Of a stretch of DNA of 64,000 nt, positions 1 to 9,881 are shown in pieces (position 1 is the stretch's first letter; each line of letters opens with the position of its first letter). The notes below the pieces were generated by a model. The model worked only from the letters and a program-made list of their open reading frames with translations. It did not search any database and had not been told where the DNA came from. The translations under genes and the position numbers were made by a program. Where the stretch lies: the NCBI GenBank assembly GCA_018065085.1, contig JAGHUA010000006.1, positions 12,963 through 76,962 of the forward strand, written 5' to 3'. The DNA comes from Candidatus Liminaster caballi (lineage in GTDB: Bacteria > Bacteroidota > Bacteroidia > Bacteroidales > UBA3663).

Positions 1-1040
1 CTCGAACCGAGGAATGCGTCGATACGACCGTCTGGTCGCTTGTATACGGTGGCAGCAGTCCATGCCTGACGGTTCTCAGCATAACCGATTTCCTTACCAT
101 AGAAAGAAGCCTTGCAGAACTCACCGCGAGCCTGACCGTCAAATCCCCACCACACACCGGCCTGCAATCCGTAGTGGATACCTACAAAAGCCTCCATCGT
201 GTTATGAAGCTCATCGGCAGTGGCATAGTTGCCATCGTTGCGCACGGTCTGCCAGAATTTTGCATAGTTATCGAACGATCCTGCCAACTGATGAGTGTTG
301 CCCTCAGTCACATACGGTTTCATATAAGTGTACCACTCGTTGGCCTTGTCGCAATTGAGCGTGTTGCCTGCCGAGATGCGGATGCCTTCAAGTTCGGGAT
401 CCTCCGAAATAAGCTGGGCAATCTGTCGGAAATGTGATTTTGTACCTTCCTTCCATGCCGTATAGTCCGGCTCATTGAACGGAGAGACGGCGACAACGGT
501 AAAACCTTTCGACTTGCAATACTTCACGTATGCCTTGATGAGCTTATGCCACTCAGCAGGTTTGCCATAGTAATTAGCATAATTCTGATTGCAATTAGGA
601 TAAGCCTCGGAATTGCACAGCACCTCGTGATCGCAGTTGAGGATAATGCTGTGTACTCCGCTTATTGCGATATTGTTCAGACGCGAGTTGAGCGTATTGA
701 TCTGAGCTGCTGAGAGATTGCCGTCAGCATCAACCAGATCGCTTGGCTGGAATGATACGCGACCGATGCTGAGCACGTCCGTACCGATAAAGTTTGTGCC
801 ACGATGCACATTCGACCTGCTGTTCCAAGCCACATCCATGCCCCACTTGATAGGCGTTGCCGGAATGGCGCACTCTGCAATTTCGGTGTCAGTGCTGTAA
901 TGAAGATATGTAGAACTGATGGCAGGAGCAGCCAGATACATTGAACTATGATTACGCTCCTGGGCAAAAATGCCACCTTTCACTCCCCCAAGAAGAGGAA
1001 GTGAAAGGATTGCAAATATTGTAACAACAGTGTGTTTCAT
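1..1040 (-). CDS. Secreted clan GH-A-like glycoside hydrolase (partial; 3' end outside the window; absent from the ORF track)
   Basis: Manual translation from ATG at 1040 (MKHTVVTIFAILSLPLLGG...) is open to position 1. It has a signal peptide, a beta4-type SPFNEPDY acid/base motif, GNTLN, GNTHQLAGSF, a putative nucleophile in TADELH, and GVWWG. It lies directly downstream of SusD on the same strand. Confidence 0.8.
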   Translation of the reverse strand, partial: MKHTVVTIFAILSLPLLGGVKGGIFAQERNHSSMYLAAPAISSTYLHYSTDTEIAECAIPATPIKWGMDVAWNSRSNVHRGTNFIGTDVLSIGRVSFQPSDLVDADGNLSAAQINTLNSRLNNIAISGVHSIILNCDHEVLCNSEAYPNCNQNYANYYGKPAEWHKLIKAYVKYCKSKGFTVVAVSPFNEPDYTAWKEGTKSHFRQIAQLISEDPELEGIRISAGNTLNCDKANEWYTYMKPYVTEGNTHQLAGSFDNYAKFWQTVRNDGNYATADELHNTMEAFVGIHYGLQAGVWWGFDGQARGEFCKASFYGKEIGYAENRQAWTAATVYKRPDGRIDAFLGS

Positions 1041-1060
1041 CGGTTTGTATTTTCAGTTAT

Positions 1061-2833
1061 TTATGGTTCGATACCAATCTTACCCTCCCAACTGATGAAC
1101 CAGTTGTCCATGTTGGTCAGGTCAACTGTGATGCCTGAGCCTTCAGCACCGTTACGAGCATTGACACGGTCGGCAAGATAAGAAGCACCACGGCGACGTG
1201 CCACACGCATCAGGTCATAGAAACGGTAGCCTTCGAATGCGAACTCCAGCGCTTCCTCGTCCATAAGCAGATCCTCGACAGCTTTCTGCTGCCATGCAAT
1301 CTGCTCAAGCGAATCGGTGATAGCCTCGTTGTAAGGCATTGGATACTTCTCGCTCAGCTGAGTAAATCCGGAACCACGGCTGTGAATACCCTGAGTGTTC
1401 ATACTTACTGTAGGATAACGAGGGTTATAAATCTCATAGCGATAGTTCGGGAAGTCGAATGTGCTTGCCAGATATACAGAGTCGGCTGTATAGTGAGGGA
1501 TGATGCTATCATTCAGGATTCGGTTGTTCACACCTGTAGAAAGGATATGATAGGCGAAATGAGGATAACCCGCACAGTTGAGAGCCTCTGCCATACGCAG
1601 ATAGATAAGCTGACGGCGATAGATGTGAATATTACGCGTTAAATGCTTAAAGATCTCTTGGTATGTCACCTTTGAGCCAGATGAATTAACTATGTTATCA
1701 ATGGTGTACCAATATGATGACAGACGCAAATCACCGTCACGATACTCTCCCAGGTTATGAGGAGCGTAAGTCACCTTGTCACTCTCTTCGTCATAGTAGC
1801 AGAATTCCTGCTTGGCCGAAAGGTCAATAATGCTCTGCGACGGCACAAGGCTTGGCAAATAGTCATTATCATCAGTGCTGTTGAAGATATTGCGCAACTG
1901 GCTGTAATAACCCTCCGATGGAATTGAGTCGCCAGGGATGAGCGCAATAAGCTCGGTATTGGCAAGGGTGTTCTCGTATGTGATGCCTAACTCGTCAACA
2001 TAATGCACAAGCTGTGGCTCCCAGTTGTTGCTTTGCCATTCACACTGACTGATTCCTGTAGGATATGTTGAGTAGTCGCCATTGCGATGAGAAATGTAGT
2101 AATAATAATACTCAGCAGCCTCACGGTAGTTGCCAACCCAAAGGTTGAGATCGGCAAGAAGGATGCTCATCGGAATGTAGAACAGACGCGATGGCAGACC
2201 TTTAATATTGCCAAAGTGAGGATAGTCAACACGGAGCAGATCCTTCAGTCCGTCCTCATTGATGAAATAATTACAAATCTCATCAATGCCCTTGCGAGGG
2301 AGACGCTCAGCCTGTTCAGCCTCCTCCTTGGTCATAATTGGCTCAGTAACGAAAGGAACCTTGCCATAGGTAGTGACAAGCTGGAGATAGGTCCAGGCTC
2401 GGATGGCCTTGATTGCTGCAAACTCTGCCTTGAAGAGATACTGATCACGGTTGTTCTTCATCGCAGTATCTGCATTGGCAATATAATAGTTGCAGTTGTT
2501 GATTACTGCATAATAGTCACGAGGGTTGTTGTAGATGTTGTCATTTCCGACATTGAACATTGCCAGATCGCGGAGATCTGACGAGGTCTTGTCGGTCACA
2601 GTCACCAGATCGCCACGAGACTCGCCAAAGAGAATGGTGCGGTCTCCGATAGCCTGAAGCTTGTTCAGGATACCAGTGAGCGAATAGATTGAGTCAGTGG
2701 CATTGCCCAAGTGGTTCTTATCGGCGTAGATGATGTGATCAGAATCGACATCAAAGAACTCGCTGCATGAAGTCAATGCAGAGGAGATTGACAGAGCCAC
2801 AGTCGATGCCAACAGAATAATATACTTTTTCAT
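1061..2833 (-). CDS. SusD/RagB family lipoprotein
   Basis: Lipobox LTSC, YYAVINNCNYYI, AIRAWTYLQLVTTYGKVP and C-terminal LEFAFEGYRFYDL. Probable start is MKKYIILL at 2833 (ORF extends to 2857). Follows SusC. Confidence 0.92.
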   Translation of the reverse strand: MKKYIILLASTVALSISSALTSCSEFFDVDSDHIIYADKNHLGNATDSIYSLTGILNKLQAIGDRTILFGESRGDLVTVTDKTSSDLRDLAMFNVGNDNIYNNPRDYYAVINNCNYYIANADTAMKNNRDQYLFKAEFAAIKAIRAWTYLQLVTTYGKVPFVTEPIMTKEEAEQAERLPRKGIDEICNYFINEDGLKDLLRVDYPHFGNIKGLPSRLFYIPMSILLADLNLWVGNYREAAEYYYYYISHRNGDYSTYPTGISQCEWQSNNWEPQLVHYVDELGITYENTLANTELIALIPGDSIPSEGYYSQLRNIFNSTDDNDYLPSLVPSQSIIDLSAKQEFCYYDEESDKVTYAPHNLGEYRDGDLRLSSYWYTIDNIVNSSGSKVTYQEIFKHLTRNIHIYRRQLIYLRMAEALNCAGYPHFAYHILSTGVNNRILNDSIIPHYTADSVYLASTFDFPNYRYEIYNPRYPTVSMNTQGIHSRGSGFTQLSEKYPMPYNEAITDSLEQIAWQQKAVEDLLMDEEALEFAFEGYRFYDLMRVARRRGASYLADRVNARNGAEGSGITVDLTNMDNWFISWEGKIGIEP

Positions 2834-2856
2834 AACTTTCAATTGTCTGTTATACA

Positions 2857-5800
2857 TTACAGGTTGATCTTAATACCAGCCACAAAGCTGCGGCTCAGAC
2901 CTACACGGCCGAGGTCAACGCCCTGACCGATGACAGAAGAAGTGGCTGCGAACTCAGGATCAGAACCGAGATAGTTGGTGAGGGTGAAGAGGTTGTTGCC
3001 CTGGATCCACACCTGAATACCCTGGATGTACTGTGAAGTGAGTGGCAGTTCATAGCTCAATGTGATATTCTTCAGACGGAGGTAAGAAGCATCCTCAATC
3101 CAGCGGTCAGAGAAACGGCTGTTGCCCATAGGATCCTGGAAAGCGATCTTAGGCACTGAAGTCTTCTGGCCCTCAGCCTGCCAACGCTGTGTGAGCGCTG
3201 TAGTCTGATTCATGAAACGTGTGCCGCCTTCAAGTTGTGAACGCATATAGTTGAATGCGTCATTGCCAACCGAGTAAGTAAAGTTTGCATCGAGCTTGAA
3301 GCCCTTCCAACTGAGTGTCGAGAAGATATTACCGTAGAAGTCTGGGTTAGGATCACCGATAACCACGCGGTCATTCTCATCAATCTTATTATCCTTATGA
3401 ACATCGGCAAACTTTATGTCGCCTGCGCCGAAATAGTGCTTGTCAACACCGTTGGCATCAAGAATGTAAAGACCTGCAGTCTCTGCCTCGGCTGTTGTGG
3501 CAAATACGCCTTCTGTGCGATAGCCATAGAACAGGTTGGCAGCCGAACCGACCTCAGTGCGGATTGTTGCACCGGCGAACTCTGTGTTGTAGCCAGTAAC
3601 ACCGTCACCAAGACTCTTGATCTCATTCTTATAGTGGCCCAAAGATGCACCGATCTGCCACTGCCAGTTCTTGGTATTGATTACCTTGCCTGAGAGTGTC
3701 ACATCATAGCCTGTGTTCTGAAGTGAGCCGGCATTGGTCCAGTTCTTGTCAAGACCAGACATGAAACCGAGTGCCTGTAGCGAGAGCAGATCCTCAGACT
3801 CGCCACGGAAGAAGTTGGCACCGACATGCAAACGGTTGTTGAGGAAGTTGGCATCAACACCAGCATTCAGTCGGCGTGTTGTCTCCCACTTGATCTGAGT
3901 ATTGCCGATGCCGCCGAATGAGATACCTGAGACAGCGTTGAGGAACATCTGCGAACGGAAGTAGCTGCGTGCTGCATCATTGTCGATGCCATCATTACCG
4001 CTGACATCGAAACCAGCTGTGAGACGCAAATAGTCAAGACCGTTGACATTGGCAAGCCATGACTCGTTGGTCAGCACCCACGATGCCTGAACGGCAGGGA
4101 AGATACCCCATACAACGTCACCGAACTTAAATCCGTCTGCATCCTTGCCGAAACGGGAAGAACCCGAACCTGTGAGGTTGACCTGTGCGAAATACTTACC
4201 CTTGTAGTTGTAGTTACCCTGGGCATATACATCCATGGTTCTCCAGTCATCGCTCACGCCGTGTGACTGAGCATTTGGCAGTTCCTTACGCATGAATGGA
4301 GTCTTATCGCTACCGGTGTTATAGCCAAGCTGTGCATTGCGTGTGTAGTTCTCAAAGTTGAGACGTACACCACCAAACACGCGGAAGTCATGGGCATCTG
4401 CACGATACTTCCATGCCAAACGTGTATCGCTCTGCACTGAGTTCTGCTTAGAAGCCAGGGCACGTACCTCATTCTCACGACGTGCAGACACGCTTGTTAC
4501 ATAATAAGAAGGCACGCCATTAACTGGGATATACAACTTATTATTTGTATTGACGAGCGAGTAGCTGAAATGCTCGGTGAGCGTAAGGTTCTTGGTAATG
4601 TCATACTTCGGAGTCACTGCAATGTTGAGCAAAGAGTTCTCGAAGTAGTTCTTGTTCTCGCCGTCAGCATAAACGTTGATGGCTGCAGGATTACCAAGAC
4701 GATAGTTATAGTTTTTGTACGAGCTGAGAGCCTCATCGAGGTAAGACTCGTCGGTCACATCGAAGTATGTCGAGCTGAGCTTGCCGTTGCCGTATGCATA
4801 AGGACTGATGAATGGAGCCTTGGCATAGGCAAGGAACGAAGGTGCGGTTGGAGTACCCTCATCATAAGAAGTCGGAGCACCATCATTACGCAATGAGCGT
4901 GTCGTGTTACTGAACGAAGCATCAAAGCGTACAGACACCTTATCGAAGAGGTTGATGTCGGTGTTGAAACGTACGTTCAGACGAGACATGTCGTTACACT
5001 CAAGGTTTGCCTCATTCATTGTGTAGCCGACAGAGAGATCGTACTGTGCAATGTCATCACCACCCTCAATGTTGATGCCGTAGTTCTGGGTGAAGGCTGT
5101 ACGATAAACGTAATCCTTCCAGTCAACATTGTTGTGATACTGATTATAGTAATAGTAGTCAGGATCTGGGTTGAGGAACTTAAAGTCAGTAATCTTGGTG
5201 TTTGTTCCCTTGAGCAACTCAGATGCATAGCCACGATACTGCTCAGCATCCATCATGTTGTAGAACTTAGGTTCGAGCGAAACACCGGCAGAGGCACGTG
5301 CTGTAATGCGGGTTGCCATCGAGTGGCTGCGGTGTGTATTGATGATAATCACGCCATTTGCGCCACGGGCGCCATAGAGTGCAGTACCATTGCGCATCAC
5401 GGTTACATCCTCAATATCCGATGGAACGATTGATGTCAGCACATCATTGAAGAAACCGTCATGAAGCATCTCACGGCCGTCCTGCTGCTCAAGGATAACG
5501 CCATCGACCACAACCAAAGGCTGGGCATTGGAGTTGAGCGAGTTCAGACCCTGGAGGAACATCACATTACCGATGCCAGGCGTACCGCTACGGCTGATGC
5601 TGTAAGCATAGGCACCGAGCTGACTCTGGATATCCTCCTTGATGTTCAAGGCATTTGAATACTTCATGCCCTGAGCCGTGTGATTATTGATATAGTCAGT
5701 CTCTTTTTCATAGTCAGCACGGAAAGCTGCAGGCAGAAGGTTTGCGGTCTTCTGCTTCTCTCCGCTGGCAAGGCCGAGAGACAGGAGGCTGAAGTCCGGG

Positions 5801-6093
5801 GTTGACACCTGAATAGACGAGGTGAACACAGGTACTTTCAACTCATAGTTACCATTGTCATCAGTGAGTGTACTGAATCCATCTACACCCTCAGCCTTGA
5901 CGATAGCACCTGACACAGGGTTGCCAGTAGCTGCATCGAGCACACATCCCTTCACGACGCGTGTCTCATATTTCTTCTTAGCTGTTACGTGGCGAACCGG
6001 TGCCTGCTCAGAACCGTCGTTATCAGTCTGGGCGAAAGCATCCAGCGAGAACGCCATCAACAGCGTCATACCGAATAAAACATATCTTTTCAT
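2857..6093 (-). CDS. SusC/RagA TonB-dependent transporter (atypical N-terminal linker)
   Basis: Plug motifs PLVVVDG and GTALYGARGANGVIIINT, barrel motifs IKWETT, IGDPNPDF and IEDASYLRLKNITLSY, C-terminal GIKINL. Confidence 0.95.
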   Translation of the reverse strand: MKRYVLFGMTLLMAFSLDAFAQTDNDGSEQAPVRHVTAKKKYETRVVKGCVLDAATGNPVSGAIVKAEGVDGFSTLTDDNGNYELKVPVFTSSIQVSTPDFSLLSLGLASGEKQKTANLLPAAFRADYEKETDYINNHTAQGMKYSNALNIKEDIQSQLGAYAYSISRSGTPGIGNVMFLQGLNSLNSNAQPLVVVDGVILEQQDGREMLHDGFFNDVLTSIVPSDIEDVTVMRNGTALYGARGANGVIIINTHRSHSMATRITARASAGVSLEPKFYNMMDAEQYRGYASELLKGTNTKITDFKFLNPDPDYYYYNQYHNNVDWKDYVYRTAFTQNYGINIEGGDDIAQYDLSVGYTMNEANLECNDMSRLNVRFNTDINLFDKVSVRFDASFSNTTRSLRNDGAPTSYDEGTPTAPSFLAYAKAPFISPYAYGNGKLSSTYFDVTDESYLDEALSSYKNYNYRLGNPAAINVYADGENKNYFENSLLNIAVTPKYDITKNLTLTEHFSYSLVNTNNKLYIPVNGVPSYYVTSVSARRENEVRALASKQNSVQSDTRLAWKYRADAHDFRVFGGVRLNFENYTRNAQLGYNTGSDKTPFMRKELPNAQSHGVSDDWRTMDVYAQGNYNYKGKYFAQVNLTGSGSSRFGKDADGFKFGDVVWGIFPAVQASWVLTNESWLANVNGLDYLRLTAGFDVSGNDGIDNDAARSYFRSQMFLNAVSGISFGGIGNTQIKWETTRRLNAGVDANFLNNRLHVGANFFRGESEDLLSLQALGFMSGLDKNWTNAGSLQNTGYDVTLSGKVINTKNWQWQIGASLGHYKNEIKSLGDGVTGYNTEFAGATIRTEVGSAANLFYGYRTEGVFATTAEAETAGLYILDANGVDKHYFGAGDIKFADVHKDNKIDENDRVVIGDPNPDFYGNIFSTLSWKGFKLDANFTYSVGNDAFNYMRSQLEGGTRFMNQTTALTQRWQAEGQKTSVPKIAFQDPMGNSRFSDRWIEDASYLRLKNITLSYELPLTSQYIQGIQVWIQGNNLFTLTNYLGSDPEFAATSSVIGQGVDLGRVGLSRSFVAGIKINL

Positions 6094-6126
6094 ATCTGTC
6101 CGATAAATGATAAGTCCTTAAAATAA

Positions 6127-7791
6127 TTATTCCACATGAGGCTTGAAGACGATGCAGTCCATACGCAGCGTCTTGACAGCTTCACCCTTGTTGACCATCG
6201 AGTTCGACACACGGTCCTCGATGAGAACCTTCACCTGTGGATCCTCCAGAGCTACAGAAGCAGTAGGGAACTCGTAGGTGCCGATAAGCACGGAGTCAAC
6301 CTTTGTAGGATCAGTTGTGAATACAGCAGTAGTTGGGAACTTCTGCTCAGTGCCCTGCTCGTTATGATATGACACTGTGCAGCGGAACTTACATGGCAGA
6401 CGCTGAGCGTCGGAAGCAAGTGTATCGCCGGCAACAGCAGGCACAGCCACAACATAGGCATCATACTTGAGGTTTGAAAGAACCTGAGGAACATTGAAGA
6501 GTGCCTTATAGAAACCACTACCCTTGTTGGTAAGTTCTACGTATGAGTGATTTGACACCTTGTCATAGAATGGGTTGTCGGTGGTAACGGTACGGACGGT
6601 GAGGTCACGGGTAGATTCGGTATATACCGAGTCAAGTGATGCACGGGCCTCGCTCTCCATCTCAAGGTCGATCATGAATGAGTTGTGCTTGTCAAAGTTC
6701 CATTTCTGAGCCTTATAGACGATACCGTTGCTGCACTCAATCTCCTGAGCGTCGGCAAAGATACCGCCCTCATCGTAAGGTTTCATCCACTGATAGTAGC
6801 TATGACGGTATGAACCCCAATAGAGCTTACGGTATGCGTAACGCACAGCATTGGTCGAAAGCACAGAGTCACGGCGGTTCTTCAATGGGTTCTCAGTCTG
6901 GCTGAAAGCCGTACCCAGAAGGATTGCCTTGCGTGGCTGGTTGTACATCAGCGAGTCACGGCCCTTAACACGGGTATCATACTGGAAGTATGTCTCGTAT
7001 TCAGCCACCAGCTCATCCCAAATCTCATTGGTTGGAGCCACGTACCAATATACACTATCCTCGTCAAAGAGTTCAGCGTGCATCCATCTCTGCAGGACCT
7101 CGTTCTTCTGTCTTGTGACAGAGTCAAGATAGTGAGTCTTACCGTCGATAATCTCACCTGGCACGGAAAGCGAAGCATAGAACGTGTCTATACTATATTT
7201 ATAAATGAAGTCGGCGAGGTTAGAGAGATCCTCATCACGACGCAGATACTCATACACGTTCGGCTTGTATGCTGCAACCTTCGAGAGGGTAAACAGCACA
7301 CCATTGTCGAGCAGCATGTTGCTCTTGGTGAAGTCCGAACCTGAGAATGAAGAAGAAGCCAGAACAGCATACTTTCCATTCATCAGCATGATTGAGTCAT
7401 TGGTATCGTCAGCCACCGAGTAGTTGTAGAGAGCCACATGGTTATAGACAAACTCCTTGATGGCGTCATTTCTCTTGTACTGGACGTTTTTGGCAGCCTG
7501 TTCCTTATAGAGAGCGATGACACTGTCACGCTGTGTGTCAGAGAAGCAGGCATTTGTTGGAGCAAAGACTGTGAATACCTGACTGCCATTGAGCGCATGG
7601 TCGAACTCGCAAGCCTCGATAACGGCCTTGAAGTTCGAAAGCTCGCTATTTGTAGAGATCTCATGCCAGATAGAGCCCTTGCCCTGACCTGGAGCTACCT
7701 CCTTGTAATGGCTGTCCCAATCATCAGAGCAAGAATTTACTCCAATGAGACCGATTACAGCTGCGGCTAAGAAAAACTTATTATATTTCAT
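6127..7791 (-). CDS. Fasciclin (FAS1) domain lipoprotein
   Basis: Lipobox NSC followed by acidic SDD. FAS1 H1 motif FTVFAPTN and H2 NGVLFTLSKV; second degenerate repeat VAPTNE...NGIVY. Confidence 0.85.
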   Translation of the reverse strand: MKYNKFFLAAAVIGLIGVNSCSDDWDSHYKEVAPGQGKGSIWHEISTNSELSNFKAVIEACEFDHALNGSQVFTVFAPTNACFSDTQRDSVIALYKEQAAKNVQYKRNDAIKEFVYNHVALYNYSVADDTNDSIMLMNGKYAVLASSSFSGSDFTKSNMLLDNGVLFTLSKVAAYKPNVYEYLRRDEDLSNLADFIYKYSIDTFYASLSVPGEIIDGKTHYLDSVTRQKNEVLQRWMHAELFDEDSVYWYVAPTNEIWDELVAEYETYFQYDTRVKGRDSLMYNQPRKAILLGTAFSQTENPLKNRRDSVLSTNAVRYAYRKLYWGSYRHSYYQWMKPYDEGGIFADAQEIECSNGIVYKAQKWNFDKHNSFMIDLEMESEARASLDSVYTESTRDLTVRTVTTDNPFYDKVSNHSYVELTNKGSGFYKALFNVPQVLSNLKYDAYVVAVPAVAGDTLASDAQRLPCKFRCTVSYHNEQGTEQKFPTTAVFTTDPTKVDSVLIGTYEFPTASVALEDPQVKVLIEDRVSNSMVNKGEAVKTLRMDCIVFKPHVE

Positions 7792-7806
7792 ATCAGATTA
7801 TTTTTT

Positions 7807-9843
7807 TTAGAGATCATCTTCCTGTGCACCGTCATCGACTACGCCATATACGCTCTTAGGAACGAGCTCAAGGTAGTCGAGCATAACCTCATTGTTGTTA
7901 CCCTGCTTTGAAGATACGGCACGCACGCGGAGGAAATGTTCCTCACCAGGAGCGATGTGTACTGTACAAAGCACGATACGCAGTGTCTCCTTAATGTCAG
8001 AGAAGTGCTGACGGTCGCTGCCGCCTGTACGGTAGCCGCCGTTTGTACCACGGTAGAAACCGAGGTTCTTCAAAGTCTTGCGATCCTCAAGTCTTTCGTC
8101 AGCGTTCATCGAGGTGTAGAGCTTCTTACCGAACTCAGTACCGAGGATTGACGAGTGACCGAGGTCGCGTGTCATATCCAGAGGAATACCCTGTGGCACG
8201 TTATCGAAATAGATCTGGGCAATACCACGGATAGGCATAGCTGCATAGCCGAGGCGGATCTGCCAGTCGCCCTCGAATGGAACAGGAGGAATACGGAATG
8301 AAATATCATAGTTACCCTGGCAGATGAACTCATCGCCATGGAGTGACCAGTAGCCCTGACGTGGACGGCGGTAGATGAAGTAGCCGTTACCAGCCACGGT
8401 CACGCCTTCGAGATATCCGTTAGGGAAATAGAAGTTACGTCCGTACTTGTATGTATGGTCGTATGCCGAAGTACTGTTATCATCATCCTTCGTACGGTCG
8501 CCATTCATACGCATATCGTTGGTCATGACCTCTGGGAAGATTGTCGAGAAGTCCATACGGATACGACAGTTGTCAACCTTATCGTAAGTCTCAGAGTCGA
8601 ACTTGAGAACCTCGTCAACATAGAAGTAGATGCCATTGAGAGCCATGTTGTCATAGTTCTCGACCTTCTGCTGGACGTGCGAGCCCTCGATCTGGTACTG
8701 GTCGTCATAACGGCGGTTGATATAACGCTCGCCGATGGTACCGGCACCAACATACTTGTTCACGGTCAGGTGCTGCACCTTGATCATGGTGTAAGGCAGC
8801 ATGGTGGTGTACCAGTCGGTAGGATTGACGTCGGTGGTAAGAACACCGAAGTCATCGCGTACGGTAAGGTAGTTCCAGCCCTGGACATTACGGTCGAGCA
8901 GATGGTATGCCATGAATCTGTAGAGAGGGTTGGCAGGATCGGAAATATTCTCAAACTTATGGCTTTCCTTATCCTTGTCTTCTGGGTAAACCTCATCATA
9001 GATTTCACAAGCCAGATAGTACAGATCCTCAATATTATGTACGTGATAGCGACCCTCAAGGATAGCATCAGGCACCAGGAATGCCGTGTAGCCATAGAGA
9101 TGTTCATCAGGATCAGTGGCAGCCTCGTGAATGTTACTACCGGTGATGTAATCGTAGAAACGGTCATTACCAGTCTTTGCCACATAAGAGTCATCCTTAT
9201 ACTGGGTCATCTTCTGAGCGAGGCCTGTAGCCATGAGAGCATTATAGAAGATTGATACCTCAGGATTCTCCTTGATAAGGTCAGGCAATGAGTTGGTCGA
9301 GCTCTCAAGCACCATCTCGATTGGGTGCATGATACCGTTCTCAACAGAGTCGTTCTGTGTTGCAAAAGTCACAACAGCAACCTTGTTGAGCACAACGACC
9401 GAGTTTGAGTCATTGTCGAGCTTGTGTGAGATCTCGATAGGACGACGGTTCATGTTCTGTGTAGCCAACACACCGTCCTTCATATCGAATGTCGAGTAAA
9501 GTACACTTACAAGGTGTGTACGGGCGATGGTATCGCAGTCGGCCTGGCTCAGACCGTCAAGAGTACGGCCCTTTGACTGGAGGAATGCATCGACAGCCGA
9601 GTTGGTCGGACAGAAACAGGTGTAATGTCCGTAGGCCGAGAGCTGCTTCATGAGTCCGGCACGATCCACGATCTCAGCGAACTTGCTGAACTCTTCGCGG
9701 TTCTGCAGATACTCGCTCATCATCTCGCCCTTGAAACTGTAATAATTCTCGCTGCTCGGTTCGTCAGAGCATGAAACCACGGCTGGCACTGTCAGCAGCA
9801 GAATGCCGAGAATTGCAAATATCTTAGATGTTATCTTTTTCAT
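7807..9843 (-). CDS. Fasciclin (FAS1) domain lipoprotein
   Basis: Lipobox VSC-SDE. FAS1 motifs YTCFCPTN...ENGIMHPIEMVL and YTAFLVPD...NGIYFYVDEVL. C-terminal beta-sandwich ending MLDYLELVP. Confidence 0.85.
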   Translation of the reverse strand: MKKITSKIFAILGILLLTVPAVVSCSDEPSSENYYSFKGEMMSEYLQNREEFSKFAEIVDRAGLMKQLSAYGHYTCFCPTNSAVDAFLQSKGRTLDGLSQADCDTIARTHLVSVLYSTFDMKDGVLATQNMNRRPIEISHKLDNDSNSVVVLNKVAVVTFATQNDSVENGIMHPIEMVLESSTNSLPDLIKENPEVSIFYNALMATGLAQKMTQYKDDSYVAKTGNDRFYDYITGSNIHEAATDPDEHLYGYTAFLVPDAILEGRYHVHNIEDLYYLACEIYDEVYPEDKDKESHKFENISDPANPLYRFMAYHLLDRNVQGWNYLTVRDDFGVLTTDVNPTDWYTTMLPYTMIKVQHLTVNKYVGAGTIGERYINRRYDDQYQIEGSHVQQKVENYDNMALNGIYFYVDEVLKFDSETYDKVDNCRIRMDFSTIFPEVMTNDMRMNGDRTKDDDNSTSAYDHTYKYGRNFYFPNGYLEGVTVAGNGYFIYRRPRQGYWSLHGDEFICQGNYDISFRIPPVPFEGDWQIRLGYAAMPIRGIAQIYFDNVPQGIPLDMTRDLGHSSILGTEFGKKLYTSMNADERLEDRKTLKNLGFYRGTNGGYRTGGSDRQHFSDIKETLRIVLCTVHIAPGEEHFLRVRAVSSKQGNNNEVMLDYLELVPKSVYGVVDDGAQEDDL

Positions 9844-9881
9844 ATCACATTCAATTGCATTTATTAGTCACTCATTCCTGA

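Noticed and set aside
14-976. Small ORFs listed in the track at the window start
   Set aside because: They overlap the real minus-strand GH-A-like frame (1040 to <1) and have no motifs.
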